A stretch of 63,091 nucleotides of DNA, taken from Chloroflexota bacterium. GTDB taxonomy: Bacteria > Chloroflexota > Dormibacteria > CF-121. Positions 40,109 to 50,400 of this stretch are shown one piece after another. Where the stretch lies: contig VBJI01000079.1 of the NCBI GenBank assembly GCA_005880875.1, positions 1 to 63,091 on the forward strand, written 5' to 3'. Below the pieces are notes generated by a model. The model was not told the DNA's origin, searched no databases, and saw nothing but the letters and a program-made list of their open reading frames with translations. Each line of letters starts with the position of its first letter. Positions within the stretch are counted from its first letter, which is position 1. Made by a program: the position numbers and the translations under genes.

Positions 40109-41398
40109 GTGACAACGGTGCTGGCAGGTACTCTTAGCTTCCTTCGTCGCTACGGCACTCGGATCGGTGTCGTTGTCGGCACGTTTGTCCTGGTCGCCGG
40201 CCTGATTTTCGTCCAGCAGATGCGCGAGGCCTTCGCCGAGCAGGATTTTCAGGCTGAGCGGACCCAGGCGCTGGCCGCGCAGAACCACGCCAGCGAGCTG
40301 GGCCTGGAGCTCGCCGAGATTTCCGACCTGCAGCGCCAGGAAATGACCACCGCGAGCGAGACCCCGCCGACAGCCTCGGCTCCATTCAACGAGCAGCGGA
40401 TCTCCTTCTTCAACCGGGCCGCCAGCCAGGAGGCGCAGATCAAGGAACAGCTGGACACCCGCGTCCAGAAACTGCTGGCGCAAACCCACGATGCGGCCCT
40501 GTCTGACGTCGCCCAGCTCTCGGCCAACCTGCAGAAAGCCAAGCAGATCGGCGTCGATGACCAGCTGCTCGTCGAGTTCGCCGGCCTCACCAACAAGGCG
40601 CAGATCGAGATCGACGTGGCCGGCACGGTACGCGGCTACCGCGCCGTCAGCACCGAGCTCAAAGCCCCCCTCTCCAAGCTCTCGCTTCTGCTCGCGGACC
40701 AGGCAACCACGAACAAGCTGGTGGGGCAGTATGCCTCGCAGGCTGCGGCCGCGGACCACGGCGATGCCAGCCTGGCGCGAACCGGCGCCAATACCGCGCT
40801 GACGCAGGTGCAAGCGGACATGGCCACCGCCCGCATCTTCCAGATGGACGTCTCGATCATCGACGTCCACGTGCAGAAGCTGGCAGCTCAACTCAATCGA
40901 GCGACGACGGCGACCGACCTCGAGCAGGTGAACGGCGGACTTATGGTCCAGGACAAGGTTCTCCAGGACGCCATGGGACAGAACCTGCCGGACAAGGCGC
41001 TCACGATCTCGCTGCGTGAGCAGGTGATCCGGGCCTACTCGCATGGGCAGCAGGTCTTTTGGAGCTACGTGACGACCGGCCGGCCCGGGCTGGAAACCGA
41101 CCCAGGCAGCTTCAAGGTCTACTGGAAAGTGTCACCCTGGACGATGCATTCACCCTGGCCGAAGGGCTCGGCTTACTGGTACCCCGACTCCAAGGTCAAG
41201 ATGGTGATGTGGTTCAACGGTGGCGACGGGATTCACGACGCCAGCTGGCGCTCCCGCTACGGCCCCGGCACCAATGGCCCGCACTACGACCCGACCGGCG
41301 AAGATACGGGCACCCACGGCTGCGTCAACGTTCCTTACAGCAACATGGTCTGGCTGTGGAACTGGACGCCCACCGGCACCCCGGTCATCGTTTACTAG
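40109..41398 (+). CDS. L,D-transpeptidase (YkuD domain) with an N-terminal TM anchor and a long helical/coiled region
   Basis: C-terminal ...GIHDASWRSRYG...GTHGCVNVPYSNMVWLWNW...GTPVIVY contains the H-G-C catalytic motif. Confidence 0.8.
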   Translation: MTTVLAGTLSFLRRYGTRIGVVVGTFVLVAGLIFVQQMREAFAEQDFQAERTQALAAQNHASELGLELAEISDLQRQEMTTASETPPTASAPFNEQRISFFNRAASQEAQIKEQLDTRVQKLLAQTHDAALSDVAQLSANLQKAKQIGVDDQLLVEFAGLTNKAQIEIDVAGTVRGYRAVSTELKAPLSKLSLLLADQATTNKLVGQYASQAAAADHGDASLARTGANTALTQVQADMATARIFQMDVSIIDVHVQKLAAQLNRATTATDLEQVNGGLMVQDKVLQDAMGQNLPDKALTISLREQVIRAYSHGQQVFWSYVTTGRPGLETDPGSFKVYWKVSPWTMHSPWPKGSAYWYPDSKVKMVMWFNGGDGIHDASWRSRYGPGTNGPHYDPTGEDTGTHGCVNVPYSNMVWLWNWTPTGTPVIVY

Positions 41399-41496
41399 GG
41401 GCTCGATCCCCGGCGACGCTACGACGTTTGCGGTAGCGCCAAGGGCCGAACGGCGCAAGGCATTTTAGAAGCGGTGGCGTTAGACAAGGTAGGAGC

Positions 41497-41721
41497 TTGT
41501 CCATGGCCATTGCCCACACCACCATGCACCAGGTCGCGCCGCATACCTGGACGTTCGAGGCGCCTGAGGTGCCCGTGGCGCCGATGAAAGCGAACTGTCG
41601 GGCCTGCCGGCAGTCGGTCGCCATCCTGCGGCCGTCCGCCATGGATCTCAAGACCGGCAACTACGTCGTCCGGGGCGACTGCGAGAAATGTGGCGCCGAA
41701 GTCTTGCTGATAGTCAGCTGA
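41497..41721 (+). CDS. small CxxC...CxxC zinc-ribbon protein, uncharacterised
   Basis: ...NCRACRQSV...[15 protein letters not shown]. The likely true start is ATG 41503, 7 nt after AGGAG. Confidence 0.5.
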   Translation: MSMAIAHTTMHQVAPHTWTFEAPEVPVAPMKANCRACRQSVAILRPSAMDLKTGNYVVRGDCEKCGAEVLLIVS

Positions 41722-42556
41722 TCGGCTCGAACCCCTCGCCAGTCCAGTAGCCGAGCATCTGCTCGGTCTCGTGATAGAACCAGATGAGATACCGCTCGCG
41801 CGCGGCCTCAGTCAGAAAGTCCGCCTTGCGCTCCATCGATTCGAGCGGGAACAGATCGAGGGCGCTGACCCAGTTGATCTTCAGAAAGGCGCGCATGAAA
41901 AGGAAGTCGCCGGTAAAGACCACGGTTTGCTCCTGGTCCTGGACGTAAACCGCCTGGTGCCCGGCGGTGTGTCCGCCAGTGACCCGCACCCGGACGCCCG
42001 GCGCAACCTCCGCCTCGCCATCGACCAGCAGCAGGCGGCCCTCCTCCTCGAGGAGGGCAAGGTTCTCCGCTTTGTACGAGGGCCGGCTGCGCGGATCCGG
42101 ATGACGCCAGGCCGCGAGTTCCGTCGTCTGCACCACGTGCTTGGCCCGGGGAAAGAGGGGGGTCAGCTCGCCATCGCGGCCGGGCGTGACCAGCGCGCCG
42201 ACGTGGTCGAAGTGAAGATGGCTGAGCACCACAAGATCGATGTCCTGCGGCTTGAGGCCGACGCTGGCGAGGGCATCCGGCAGCCCGGGATTGCGCTCGT
42301 AGGCGTAGATGTCGCGCTCCTTCTCCGAGAGCTTCGGTCCGATGCCCGCCTCGATCAGCACATTGGCGTCCGGGGTCCGGACGAGCAGGCAGTTGGTCGC
42401 CATCAGGATACGGTTGCGGGCATCCGGGACTTTGAGCTTCTCCCACATCACCCGGGGAACGACCCCGAAGACCGAGCCACCGTCCATTCGCCAGTGGCCG
42501 TCGCTCAGGCAGTGCAGCTCGAAACGCCCGAGCTTTCGGGGGGCGGCCGCGATCAC
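41714..42556 (-). CDS. MBL-fold metallo-hydrolase
   Basis: ...[14 protein letters not shown]... (H.H.DH motif), ...TGGHTAGH... Confidence 0.85.
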   Translation of the reverse strand: MIAAAPRKLGRFELHCLSDGHWRMDGGSVFGVVPRVMWEKLKVPDARNRILMATNCLLVRTPDANVLIEAGIGPKLSEKERDIYAYERNPGLPDALASVGLKPQDIDLVVLSHLHFDHVGALVTPGRDGELTPLFPRAKHVVQTTELAAWRHPDPRSRPSYKAENLALLEEEGRLLLVDGEAEVAPGVRVRVTGGHTAGHQAVYVQDQEQTVVFTGDFLFMRAFLKINWVSALDLFPLESMERKADFLTEAARERYLIWFYHETEQMLGYWTGEGFEPIS

Positions 42557-42996
42557 GCCGCCTTAAAACCCTTGTTGACGAAATCGATGATGGACTGCAG
42601 CGAGGTGCCGGGACCGAAGATCTCGACGACACCAATCTTTTTGAGCGCGTCGGCATCGTCCTGGGGGATGATGCCGCCCCCGAAAACCACGATGTCGGTG
42701 GCGTTCCGCTCCTTGAGCAGTTCCAGGATGCGCGGAATCAGCGTCATGTGCGCGCCGCTGTGGAGGCTGACGCCGATCGCGTCCACGTCTTCCTGGATGG
42801 CCGCCTCAACCACCATCTCCGGCGTCTGGCGCAGCCCGGCATAGATCACCTCGACGCCGGCGTCGCGGAGCGCTCGGGACACCACCTTCACCCCTCGGTC
42901 ATGGCCGTCAAGGCCAACCTTGGCCGTCAACACCCGCCGCCGCTTGGCCTGGTCGGGAGCCTGCCGTTCCGTCGACGCCTGCGCGGGCACGGTCAA
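42553..42996 (-). CDS. cobalamin-binding small subunit of an acyl-CoA mutase (IcmB/MutA-C-like B12-binding domain)
   Basis: ...[14 protein letters not shown]...[14 protein letters not shown]...[12 protein letters not shown]... (D.H..G motif). TTG 42996 or GTG 42990 start. Confidence 0.88.
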   Translation of the reverse strand: MTVPAQASTERQAPDQAKRRRVLTAKVGLDGHDRGVKVVSRALRDAGVEVIYAGLRQTPEMVVEAAIQEDVDAIGVSLHSGAHMTLIPRILELLKERNATDIVVFGGGIIPQDDADALKKIGVVEIFGPGTSLQSIIDFVNKGFKAA

Positions 42997-43082
42997 TGCC
43001 TCAGCAGGTAAAACGCGATGACCACGAGGGGCAGTACGACGGCCAGCACCCGGCCAATGAGCGAGTAGCGAAGGCGGCTCAT
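42993..43082 (-). CDS. 29-codon single-TM micro-ORF between the two mutase subunit genes
   Basis: Not in the ORF track (too short). ATG follows the large-subunit TAG with zero spacing, and its TGA overlaps the TTG of the small subunit. Product: [29 protein letters not shown]. Confidence 0.4.
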   Translation of the reverse strand: MSRLRYSLIGRVLAVVLPLVVIAFYLLRH

Positions 43083-44735
43083 CTAGAAAAGGATCGGCTC
43101 ACGGTAGACGCCGAACACCTCCTTGAGCGCCGCCATGATCTCGCCCTCTGTCACGTAGGCCTTGACGCAGTCGAGCAAGGGAGGCATCAGGTTGTCGCGG
43201 CCGCGGGCGGCCCGCTTGAGTTCCTCGAGCCGATGGTCGACGCTGGTGTTGTCGCGGCGCGCCTTGAGCGCCGTCAGCCGCGCCACCTGCCCTCGCTCGG
43301 TTTCCGGCCCGATCTTGAGGGTCGGAACCGGCGCGCCCTCCCCGTCCTTGTAGGCGTTGACTCCAACGATGATTCGCTCGTTGGCCTCCAACGTGCGCTC
43401 GAACTCGAACGCGGCGTCGGCGATCTCGCGCTGAAAGAATCCGTTCTCGATGCAGCGCAATACCCCGCCCTGCTCGTCAATCCGGTCGAAGTACTCCTGC
43501 GCGCCGCGCTCCATCTGGTCGGTGAGCTGCTCCATGAAATACGAGCCGGCCAGTGGGTCGATGGTATTGGTGACGCCGGTCTCATGGGCCAGCACCTGCT
43601 GAGTCCGCAAGGCGATCTGGGCGGCTCGCTCCGTCGGCAACGCCAGCACCTCGTCCATCGAGTTCGTATGCAGGGAGTTGGTGCCACCCAGCACGGCTGC
43701 CATCGCCTCGTACGCGGTGCGACTGATATTGTTCTCCACCTGCTGGCGGGTCAGCGAGACGCCGGCGGTCTGCGTGTGGAAGCGCAGCATCCAGGATTTC
43801 GGGTCGCGGGCTCCATACTTGTCACGCATGATGCGCGCCCACAGCCGGCGGGCGGCACGGAACTTCGCGATCTCCTCGAAGAAATCGCTGTGTGAGTCGG
43901 AGAAGAACGAGAGCCGCGGCGCGAACTCGTCGACCGGCAGCCCGGCTTTCATCGATGCCTCGACATAGGCCATGCCATCGGCCAGCGTGAAGGCGAGTTC
44001 CTGGACGGCGGTTGAGCCGGCCTCTCGGATGTGGTAGCCCGAGATCGACACGGCATTCCAGCGCGGCATGTTTTGGGCCGCGAAGACGATCGTGTCCACC
44101 ACCAGCCGCATCGACGGCTCCGGCGGGAAGATGTATTCCTTTTGCGCGATGTACTCCTTCAAGATGTCGTTCTGCAGGGTGCCACCGAGCTGCGCGGGTG
44201 CGAGCCCTTCTTTCTCTCCAACGGCGATGTACATCGCGTAGAGGATCGCCGCCGGCGAGTTGATCGTCATGGAAGTCGTGATCTGGTCCAGCCGGATGCC
44301 ATCGAAGAGGGTCTCCATGTCTTCCAGCGAATCGATGGCAACGCCGCAATGACCGACCTCGCCGGCGCTCAGCGGGTCATCGGAGTCATAGCCCATCAGG
44401 GTCGGCATGTCGAAGGCGACCGAGAGCCCGGCCTGGCCCTGTGAGAGCAGGAACTTGTAACGACGGTTCGTTTCCTCGGCGGTGCCATAGCCGGCGAACT
44501 GCCGGATGGTCCACAGCTGGCCGCGATACATCGAGGGGTAGACACCGCGGGTGTATGGAAATTCGCCGGGGTAGCCGAGCTTCTCGTCATAGCTCCATCC
44601 GGCAAGATCCTCGGGCGTGTAGAGCGGTTGCACTGGCACGCCGGAGATGGTGGCGGCGGTTTCCTTCGGCGCCCGGCGGCCGCCACGGTAGCGCGTGGCC
44701 CACTCGTCGTAGGCTGTCTTGCGGCGAACCGCCAT
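43083..44735 (-). CDS. acyl-CoA mutase large (substrate-binding) subunit, isobutyryl-CoA-mutase-like (IcmA-like)
   Basis: ...[32 protein letters not shown]...[10 protein letters not shown]...[19 protein letters not shown]... Phe and Gln sit at the two positions that are Tyr and Arg in methylmalonyl-CoA mutase. Confidence 0.85.
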   Translation of the reverse strand: MAVRRKTAYDEWATRYRGGRRAPKETAATISGVPVQPLYTPEDLAGWSYDEKLGYPGEFPYTRGVYPSMYRGQLWTIRQFAGYGTAEETNRRYKFLLSQGQAGLSVAFDMPTLMGYDSDDPLSAGEVGHCGVAIDSLEDMETLFDGIRLDQITTSMTINSPAAILYAMYIAVGEKEGLAPAQLGGTLQNDILKEYIAQKEYIFPPEPSMRLVVDTIVFAAQNMPRWNAVSISGYHIREAGSTAVQELAFTLADGMAYVEASMKAGLPVDEFAPRLSFFSDSHSDFFEEIAKFRAARRLWARIMRDKYGARDPKSWMLRFHTQTAGVSLTRQQVENNISRTAYEAMAAVLGGTNSLHTNSMDEVLALPTERAAQIALRTQQVLAHETGVTNTIDPLAGSYFMEQLTDQMERGAQEYFDRIDEQGGVLRCIENGFFQREIADAAFEFERTLEANERIIVGVNAYKDGEGAPVPTLKIGPETERGQVARLTALKARRDNTSVDHRLEELKRAARGRDNLMPPLLDCVKAYVTEGEIMAALKEVFGVYREPILF

Positions 44736-45682
44736 CAGCTGCCTCCTTGCGGCCCTCGCTGTCCGAGAACCTCCTCGGCGAGGGCGTATGGGTTTAGTTT
44801 CCCATTCCGATTCTCTCGCAGCCGCCGTCCGACCGCGGTGTCGCCATCGAGGACCCGGCGAGCCTCATCGCGGGCCCGCTCGGCGACCAGGGCGACCACT
44901 TCCTGCTTGAGCCGCTGCTGCCGCCGGGCGGCCAGCCCGCCACTCTCCTTGAGAAAGGCCTGGTGCCCGAGGATCGCATCCCACAACGGCCCGATGCCCT
45001 CCTCCTTCGCGGCGGACGCCATCAGGATCGGCGGCCGCCACGCCTGCCTCGGTCCGAGCGCCATCGCGTCCTGGATCAGGCGACGGGTTTTTTCCGCCCC
45101 ACCCAGGTCGACCTTGTTGATGACGAAGACATCGGCAATCTCGAGAATGCCCGCCTTGATCGTCTGCACCGCGTCGCCCGACTCGGGCATCAGGACAAGG
45201 ACCACCGTGTCGCAAATGGTTGAGATCTCCAGCTCCGACTGCCCGACACCCACGGTCTCGACCAGGATCACGTCCCGCCCATACGCGTCGAGCAGGTGGA
45301 TCGCCTCCCGGGTGGCGGCGGCCAGCCCGCCGAGATGACCGCGAGCCCCCATGCTCCGGATGAAGACGCCCTTGTCCAGGGTGTGACGCGACATCCGAAT
45401 CCGGTCGCCAAGCACCGCGCCGCCGGTGAAGGGGCTGCTGGGGTCGACCGCGATCACGCCCACCGTCTGCTGCCGGTCGCGGATCACCTTGACCAGCGCG
45501 TCGGCCAGCGTACTCTTGCCGGTTCCCGGCGAACCGGTGAGCCCGACCAGGAAAGCTCTGCCGGTCTGCGGTTGGAGCTCGGCCACCAGCGCCGTGGCCT
45601 GCGGGTCGCGGTCTTCGGCCAGGCTGATCGCCCTTGCCAGCGCCCGCACATCACCGGAAAGCAGGCCGCCGGCCAGACTCAT
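44735..45682 (-). CDS. meaB: MeaB/ArgK-type G-protein chaperone of acyl-CoA mutases
   Basis: ...[13 protein letters not shown]..., ...ETVGVGQSE..., ...INKVDL... ATGA overlap with the mutase large subunit. Confidence 0.9.
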   Translation of the reverse strand: MSLAGGLLSGDVRALARAISLAEDRDPQATALVAELQPQTGRAFLVGLTGSPGTGKSTLADALVKVIRDRQQTVGVIAVDPSSPFTGGAVLGDRIRMSRHTLDKGVFIRSMGARGHLGGLAAATREAIHLLDAYGRDVILVETVGVGQSELEISTICDTVVLVLMPESGDAVQTIKAGILEIADVFVINKVDLGGAEKTRRLIQDAMALGPRQAWRPPILMASAAKEEGIGPLWDAILGHQAFLKESGGLAARRQQRLKQEVVALVAERARDEARRVLDGDTAVGRRLRENRNGKLNPYALAEEVLGQRGPQGGS

Positions 45683-45723
45683 CTCGAGGTCATCCTATCA
45701 GCGGCTGTTTGACGCGCCGAAGC

Positions 45724-47145
45724 CTACGCCGCGCCCGATGCGGGGAACGTCTTCAGGGTGAAATCCGAGCCGAGGACGACGGTGACGGAGGGCCCGCTGG
45801 CCGGCGCGGGAACGACGGTGATCGCGCCGCCAAAGTAGCTCTGCAACCAGGCGACGGTCGCCATCGCCTTACCGCCGGAGCCATCCAGGATTTGCGTCTG
45901 GGTGACCCGTTGGGTGGCCGGCGGTGCCAGGGTCGCTTGCCAGCCCTCGGCCTGCAACAGGGACGTCATGATGCTGGCCGGAGTGCCAATTCCGTATGGG
46001 AGCCAGTACCGCCGGCTTCCATCCTGGACCAGGAAGGGCGCCTGCCGGGCGAGCGCCGACCGATCGGGAAGGGCCATCGCGACGTACCGATGCAGCGCGT
46101 CGTAGCTCGGGTCAAGGGGTTTGAGGATGTACTGGCCGCCGCCGTAGCCGCTGCGCAGCAGGTTCGACGTATCGAGGGAGACGCGCCGGATGTCCGGATC
46201 CTTGATCTGTCCGGCCAGATCGGCCAGCGGGCGCAGGTCGGCCGGCCGAAGGTTGGTGCGGACGTTGTCCTGCAGGGCGCCGAGGAGCGACAGGAGGCGG
46301 GGTACGGCGTTCAACGAGAAGACCCGCTGGCGAACGGCGAGCATGATCAGCTGCTGGCGACGCGACCGATCGAAGTCCGACGTGGTTTCCCGCGAGCGGG
46401 CATACTCCAGGGCGCGCTCACCGTCAAACTGCTGCCAGCCGGCATCGATGTGGACGTGCATCATGCCGGTCGTCTCGCCCCGGGGGAAATACGGGTCATC
46501 GAGCGTGGTTGGGACGTCGACCCGAACCCCGCCCAGCGCGTCGACGAGATCGCGGAATGCTTTGAAGTCGATCCCGACCCAGTAGTCGAGCGGCTGGCCC
46601 GTGATCTGCGAGACCGTCGCGGCAGCCAGGTCGCCCCCTCCGGTCGCGGTCTTCCAATCGCTGCGCACGTTCGGATAGTTGGCGTGGTCCATCCCGATGG
46701 CATAGGCGCTGTTGAGCTTGCCCATCATGAAATGGTTGTTGGGGAGCGCCGGGATCTTGACCCAGAGGTCGCGTGGAAGCGAGATCATGATCGCCTGATG
46801 GGTGCTGGGCCGGATCGAGACCAGCATGACGGAGTCCGTGAGATACGGGCCGTCGTGCCCCGGCCCGCCGTAGCCGAATAGCAGGATATTGATCCGCTCG
46901 TCGTGCTTCACCCTCCAGCCAAGCGAGCCAGGCGCATCGCTCTGCGCATGCACCAGCGCCACCAGGTCGGCCGGCTGGGCACGGGGCGAGATGGCGTGAA
47001 TGGCCGACCACACGCGAAAAGCCAGTAAGCCTGCCACCAGCAGCGCCACTCCAGCGATCACGGCCCCGGCAGCGCGGGCGTAATGCCAGCCGCGCGCTGG
47101 GCCGAGCGCGGCGGACGACCGCCGCCGGCGCGGTTGAGCTACCAA
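45724..47145 (-). CDS. LytR-CpsA-Psr (LCP) family cell-envelope glycopolymer ligase
   Basis: N-terminal TM anchor, then ...INILLFGYGGPGHDGPYLTDSVMLVSIRP...ISLPRDLWVKIP... Confidence 0.85.
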   Translation of the reverse strand: MVAQPRRRRSSAALGPARGWHYARAAGAVIAGVALLVAGLLAFRVWSAIHAISPRAQPADLVALVHAQSDAPGSLGWRVKHDERINILLFGYGGPGHDGPYLTDSVMLVSIRPSTHQAIMISLPRDLWVKIPALPNNHFMMGKLNSAYAIGMDHANYPNVRSDWKTATGGGDLAAATVSQITGQPLDYWVGIDFKAFRDLVDALGGVRVDVPTTLDDPYFPRGETTGMMHVHIDAGWQQFDGERALEYARSRETTSDFDRSRRQQLIMLAVRQRVFSLNAVPRLLSLLGALQDNVRTNLRPADLRPLADLAGQIKDPDIRRVSLDTSNLLRSGYGGGQYILKPLDPSYDALHRYVAMALPDRSALARQAPFLVQDGSRRYWLPYGIGTPASIMTSLLQAEGWQATLAPPATQRVTQTQILDGSGGKAMATVAWLQSYFGGAITVVPAPASGPSVTVVLGSDFTLKTFPASGAA

Positions 47146-47167
47146 ATTGCCGCAGACAGTCTAGCGA

Positions 47168-48079
47168 ATGAGGACGCGGCAGCTGGTCCGTAAGATGTCA
47201 GGAATGCGGGCAGGAGCTGGCGTTCGACGGGCGCAGGGCCCGTTTCTCCTCCCCGCCCGGGTTGTCCTTCTGGTCGCCGGACTGATCGCTGTCGCGCTGG
47301 GGACCTTTACGTTGCTCCACGACTATCACGCCGGACAGGTCGACCGGCTCTATACGATCCTCGCGCTCCTCAGCGGCCTCGTCTGGCTGGCCTGCATCGG
47401 CCTGGGGTTCATGGGCTATCGCTTCGGCGTGTTCGGTGCCGGCGCGATCGCCTTCGTGCAGTTCGGGGTACTGGCCTCGACCCATTTTGTCTCGGGTGCA
47501 GGTGCGCTCGGCACCTTCGTCAAGCACGAAGGTCTTCCGGTCGCCACGGTCGCGATGGCGTTGGTGCCGGCCTGCGCCCTGGTTGTCATGAGCGCGGCCG
47601 TCTCCTGGACCAACCCGAGCGCCCGAAACCCGCGCCAGGAGACGATCGCCTTGCTGCTGGCGTCGCTGCTCGGCGCGGTATTCGTGATTCTGCAAGCGAC
47701 TGATGGGGTTCATCGGACCGACTTCGGCACGGCGAACACCGAAGACGGCGCCTTCGCCGCCGCGATCGTCGCCTCGCTCTGGCTGGCCGGTGGGCTATGG
47801 ATCGGGCGCGTGCGTCGAACCGGAGCCCTGCTGATCGTGGTGGCGACCTTCATCGTCTGGTATTCATTCGTCACCCTGCACCTGGTCAAAGGCGGAACCA
47901 GCGTGCGCGAGATCGCCTCCACCAGCGGCGTGATCTGGGCGTTGATCTCGGCCGCCGCGACCGTGCTGGCCGGGGCGTCATTCGTGGTCGCGCTGACTTT
48001 GCTCGCGCTCGCCCTGGTGCGGCCCGGCCGGTCGAAACAGCCGCAGACCGCCCCCGCGGCACAGCGCGCCAGCCGCTGA
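47168..48079 (+). CDS. polytopic membrane protein, uncharacterised
   Basis: 303 aa with about 8 hydrophobic helices. I recognise no family. Confidence 0.5.
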   Translation: MRTRQLVRKMSGMRAGAGVRRAQGPFLLPARVVLLVAGLIAVALGTFTLLHDYHAGQVDRLYTILALLSGLVWLACIGLGFMGYRFGVFGAGAIAFVQFGVLASTHFVSGAGALGTFVKHEGLPVATVAMALVPACALVVMSAAVSWTNPSARNPRQETIALLLASLLGAVFVILQATDGVHRTDFGTANTEDGAFAAAIVASLWLAGGLWIGRVRRTGALLIVVATFIVWYSFVTLHLVKGGTSVREIASTSGVIWALISAAATVLAGASFVVALTLLALALVRPGRSKQPQTAPAAQRASR

Positions 48080-48121
48080 CCGGCTCGACAGGAAAGGACC
48101 CACCGCCGCCGTCATTCGTGC

Positions 48122-48589
48122 ATGCCCACGCAGGCGCGGCTCGCCGCGGCCGTTGCCGTCATCCTGGTCCTGGCGGTGGCCGTCGTGCTTGTGATTCGCA
48201 ACCCGGCCGGGCCAGTGGGCCGCATCGAGCCGATGCCGCTGGCGACCGGGAGCGTGAGTCGCGTTCCCATCATCGGTCCCGGCCATCGATTCCTGTTCCT
48301 GCCGGTCTCGGGCCGGGTGACGACGGGTGTGAAGTACCGCTACGGATTGGAGACGCACTGCGGCATCGACTACCCGACGGGTCCCGACTTCGACGGCAGC
48401 TTCTGGGACGCCGTCGACCCGGCGCAGCGCCACACCTTCACGAATCCGCCGGCCGGCTTTGCCGGTCCGCAGGACGCCGGGTACATGATCCTGCTATCTC
48501 CGGACACCGCCGAGTTCCATGCGTCGGCCGGCACGGTCGCGAGGTACACGCGCCGGAACGGCGCCCTGATCGCGGGACTCTGCGAGTAG
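48122..48589 (+). CDS. membrane-anchored/secreted protein, uncharacterised
   Basis: N-terminal TM/signal AAAVAVILVLAVAVVLVI followed by a soluble domain with two Cys. No family recognised. Confidence 0.5.
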   Translation: MPTQARLAAAVAVILVLAVAVVLVIRNPAGPVGRIEPMPLATGSVSRVPIIGPGHRFLFLPVSGRVTTGVKYRYGLETHCGIDYPTGPDFDGSFWDAVDPAQRHTFTNPPAGFAGPQDAGYMILLSPDTAEFHASAGTVARYTRRNGALIAGLCE

Positions 48590-48600
48590 AGCGGGATGAG

Positions 48601-49369
48601 TCAGTCCGGCAGGCGGGCGCCGTCCGGGCCGTAGCGGTAGAAACCCCGACCCGACTTGCGTCCGAGGTGGCCGGCATCGACGAGCTGCTGCAGCAGCGGC
48701 GGAGCCGCGAACTGCGGATCGTGGAGGCCCTCATACAGAACGCCGCAAATGTAGAGGTGCGTATCGAGGCCGACGAAGTCGGCGAGCTCGAGCGGCCCCA
48801 TCGGATGGTGCAGGCCGAGCTTGGCGCCCTGGTCGATGTCTTCGCGGCTCCCCAGGCCCTGCATCAGGGCTCGGATCGCCTCGTTGATGAAGGGCACCAA
48901 CATCCGGTTGACCATAAAGCCCGGGTAATCGAGCGACGTGATCGGCGTCTTCCCCAGCGCTTTCGAGAGCTCCAGCGTGGTCGCCACCGTCGGGCCCGAA
49001 GTCTCCCGGCCTTTGGTGATCTCGACCAGCGGCATCACCGGCACGGGATTGAAGAAGTGCATCCCGATGAACCGGTCCGGTCGTTGCGTGACCGCGGCCA
49101 TCTTTGTGATCGGGATGGATGAGGTGTTGCTCGCCAGGATGTGACGTGGTCGGATGCAAGCGGGCCATCGCGGCGTCGCGCCTGGCGGCGTCGAGCTTGC
49201 CTTTCTGCACCAGGTTGTCGAGCCGCTTCTTGATGTTCTCAACGCCGCGGTTGACGAGCTGGTCGTCGACTTCCCTGAGGGTGACCTCATAGCCGCAACT
49301 GACGGCGGTCTGCGCGATCCCCGCCCCCATCAGGCCCGCGCCGGCGACATACAGCTGCTTCATCGTCAC
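48601..49369 (-). pseudogene. hbd: 3-hydroxybutyryl-CoA dehydrogenase, internally gapped and frameshifted
   Basis: N-part MTMKQLYVAGAGLMGAGIAQTAVSCGYEVTLREV...KGKLDAARRDAAMARLHPTT (to about 49144). The rest, ILASNTSSIPITKMAAVTQRPDRFIGMHFFNPVPVMPLVEI...PGFMVNRMLVPFINEA...HPMGPLELADFVGLD..., is in another frame. Confidence 0.8.
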
Positions 49370-50400
49370 GCCTTCTCCTTGAACACCTCTCGGGCAATCA
49401 CGAATCGTTGGATCTCGTTCGTTCCCTCGTAGATCTGGGTGATCTTCGCGTCGCGCATCATCCGTTCGGCGGGGAAATCCCGCAGGTAACCGTAGCCGCC
49501 AAGGATCTGCACCGCGTCGGTGGTGACCCGCATCGCGGTGTCCGAGGCGAAGAGCTTGGCCATCGAGGAGCTGACGCTGATCTCGGGCAGCTGCCGGTCC
49601 AGAGCATCGCCGGCAGCGTAGGTCAGGGCTCGCGCCGCCTCGATCTGGGTAGCCATGTCGGCGAGCATGAACTGGATGCCCTGGAACTCCGCGATCGGCT
49701 TCCCGAACTGCCGCCGGTCGCGGGCGTACCGCCGGGCCAGGTCGAAGGCGCCTTCGGCGATCCCGAGCGCCTGCGCCGCGATCCCGGGTCGTGAATGATC
49801 GAGCACGCGCATCGCGAGCTTGAAGCCTTCACCCTCATTGCCCAGACGGTTGGCCGCCGGCACCGCCAGGTCTTCGAAGAAGAGCTGCGCCGTTGGCGAC
49901 CCGCGGATGCCGAGCTTCTTCTCCAGCTTGCCAACCTTGAAACCCGGCATCGTCTTCTCCACGATGAAGGCCGAGATATTTCGGGCGGGGGTGTCGCCGT
50001 CCTGGTCGGTGCGGGCGAACACGACGAGCGTGTCGGCCACGCTGCCGCCGGTAATAAAAGTCTTGGACCCGTTGATCACGTAGGTGTTGCCGTGCTTGAT
50101 GGCGCGGGTGCGCATCCCGCCCGCGTCCGACCCGGATCCCGGCTCGGTGAGCGCGTAGGCGGCCAGCTGTTCCCCGCGGGCGAGTGGCGGGAGGTAATGG
50201 CGCTTCTGCGTCTCGCTGCCGGCCAGCCAGATCGGCAGGCTGCCCAGCGACTGATCGTGCTTGGCGAACAGCTCCTTGATGTCCCAGGGGAACTCACCGG
50301 ACTCGTCGATCTCGGGGGCCCGCGGCTCGACCCGCTCCAGGCAGAGGTCGTGCACCGTCTCCTGAATCTGCCGCTGCTCGTCGTTGAGGCTAAAATCCAT
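49366..50400 (-). CDS. acyl-CoA dehydrogenase (short/butyryl type), about 40 aa shorter than usual in the N-terminal helical domain
   Basis: ...ALTEPGSGSDAGG...GEGFKLAM...QFGKPIAEFQGIQFMLADM...ILGGYGYLRDFPAERMMRDAKITQIYEGTNEIQR. The sequence jumps from FPWDIKELFAKH directly to DQSLGSLPI. Confidence 0.8.
   Translation of the reverse strand: MDFSLNDEQRQIQETVHDLCLERVEPRAPEIDESGEFPWDIKELFAKHDQSLGSLPIWLAGSETQKRHYLPPLARGEQLAAYALTEPGSGSDAGGMRTRAIKHGNTYVINGSKTFITGGSVADTLVVFARTDQDGDTPARNISAFIVEKTMPGFKVGKLEKKLGIRGSPTAQLFFEDLAVPAANRLGNEGEGFKLAMRVLDHSRPGIAAQALGIAEGAFDLARRYARDRRQFGKPIAEFQGIQFMLADMATQIEAARALTYAAGDALDRQLPEISVSSSMAKLFASDTAMRVTTDAVQILGGYGYLRDFPAERMMRDAKITQIYEGTNEIQRFVIAREVFKEKA

Noticed and set aside
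45683-45723. A cobalamin riboswitch upstream of the meaB/mutase operon.
   Set aside because: The intergenic spacer is about 41 nt, far too short for a B12 element.
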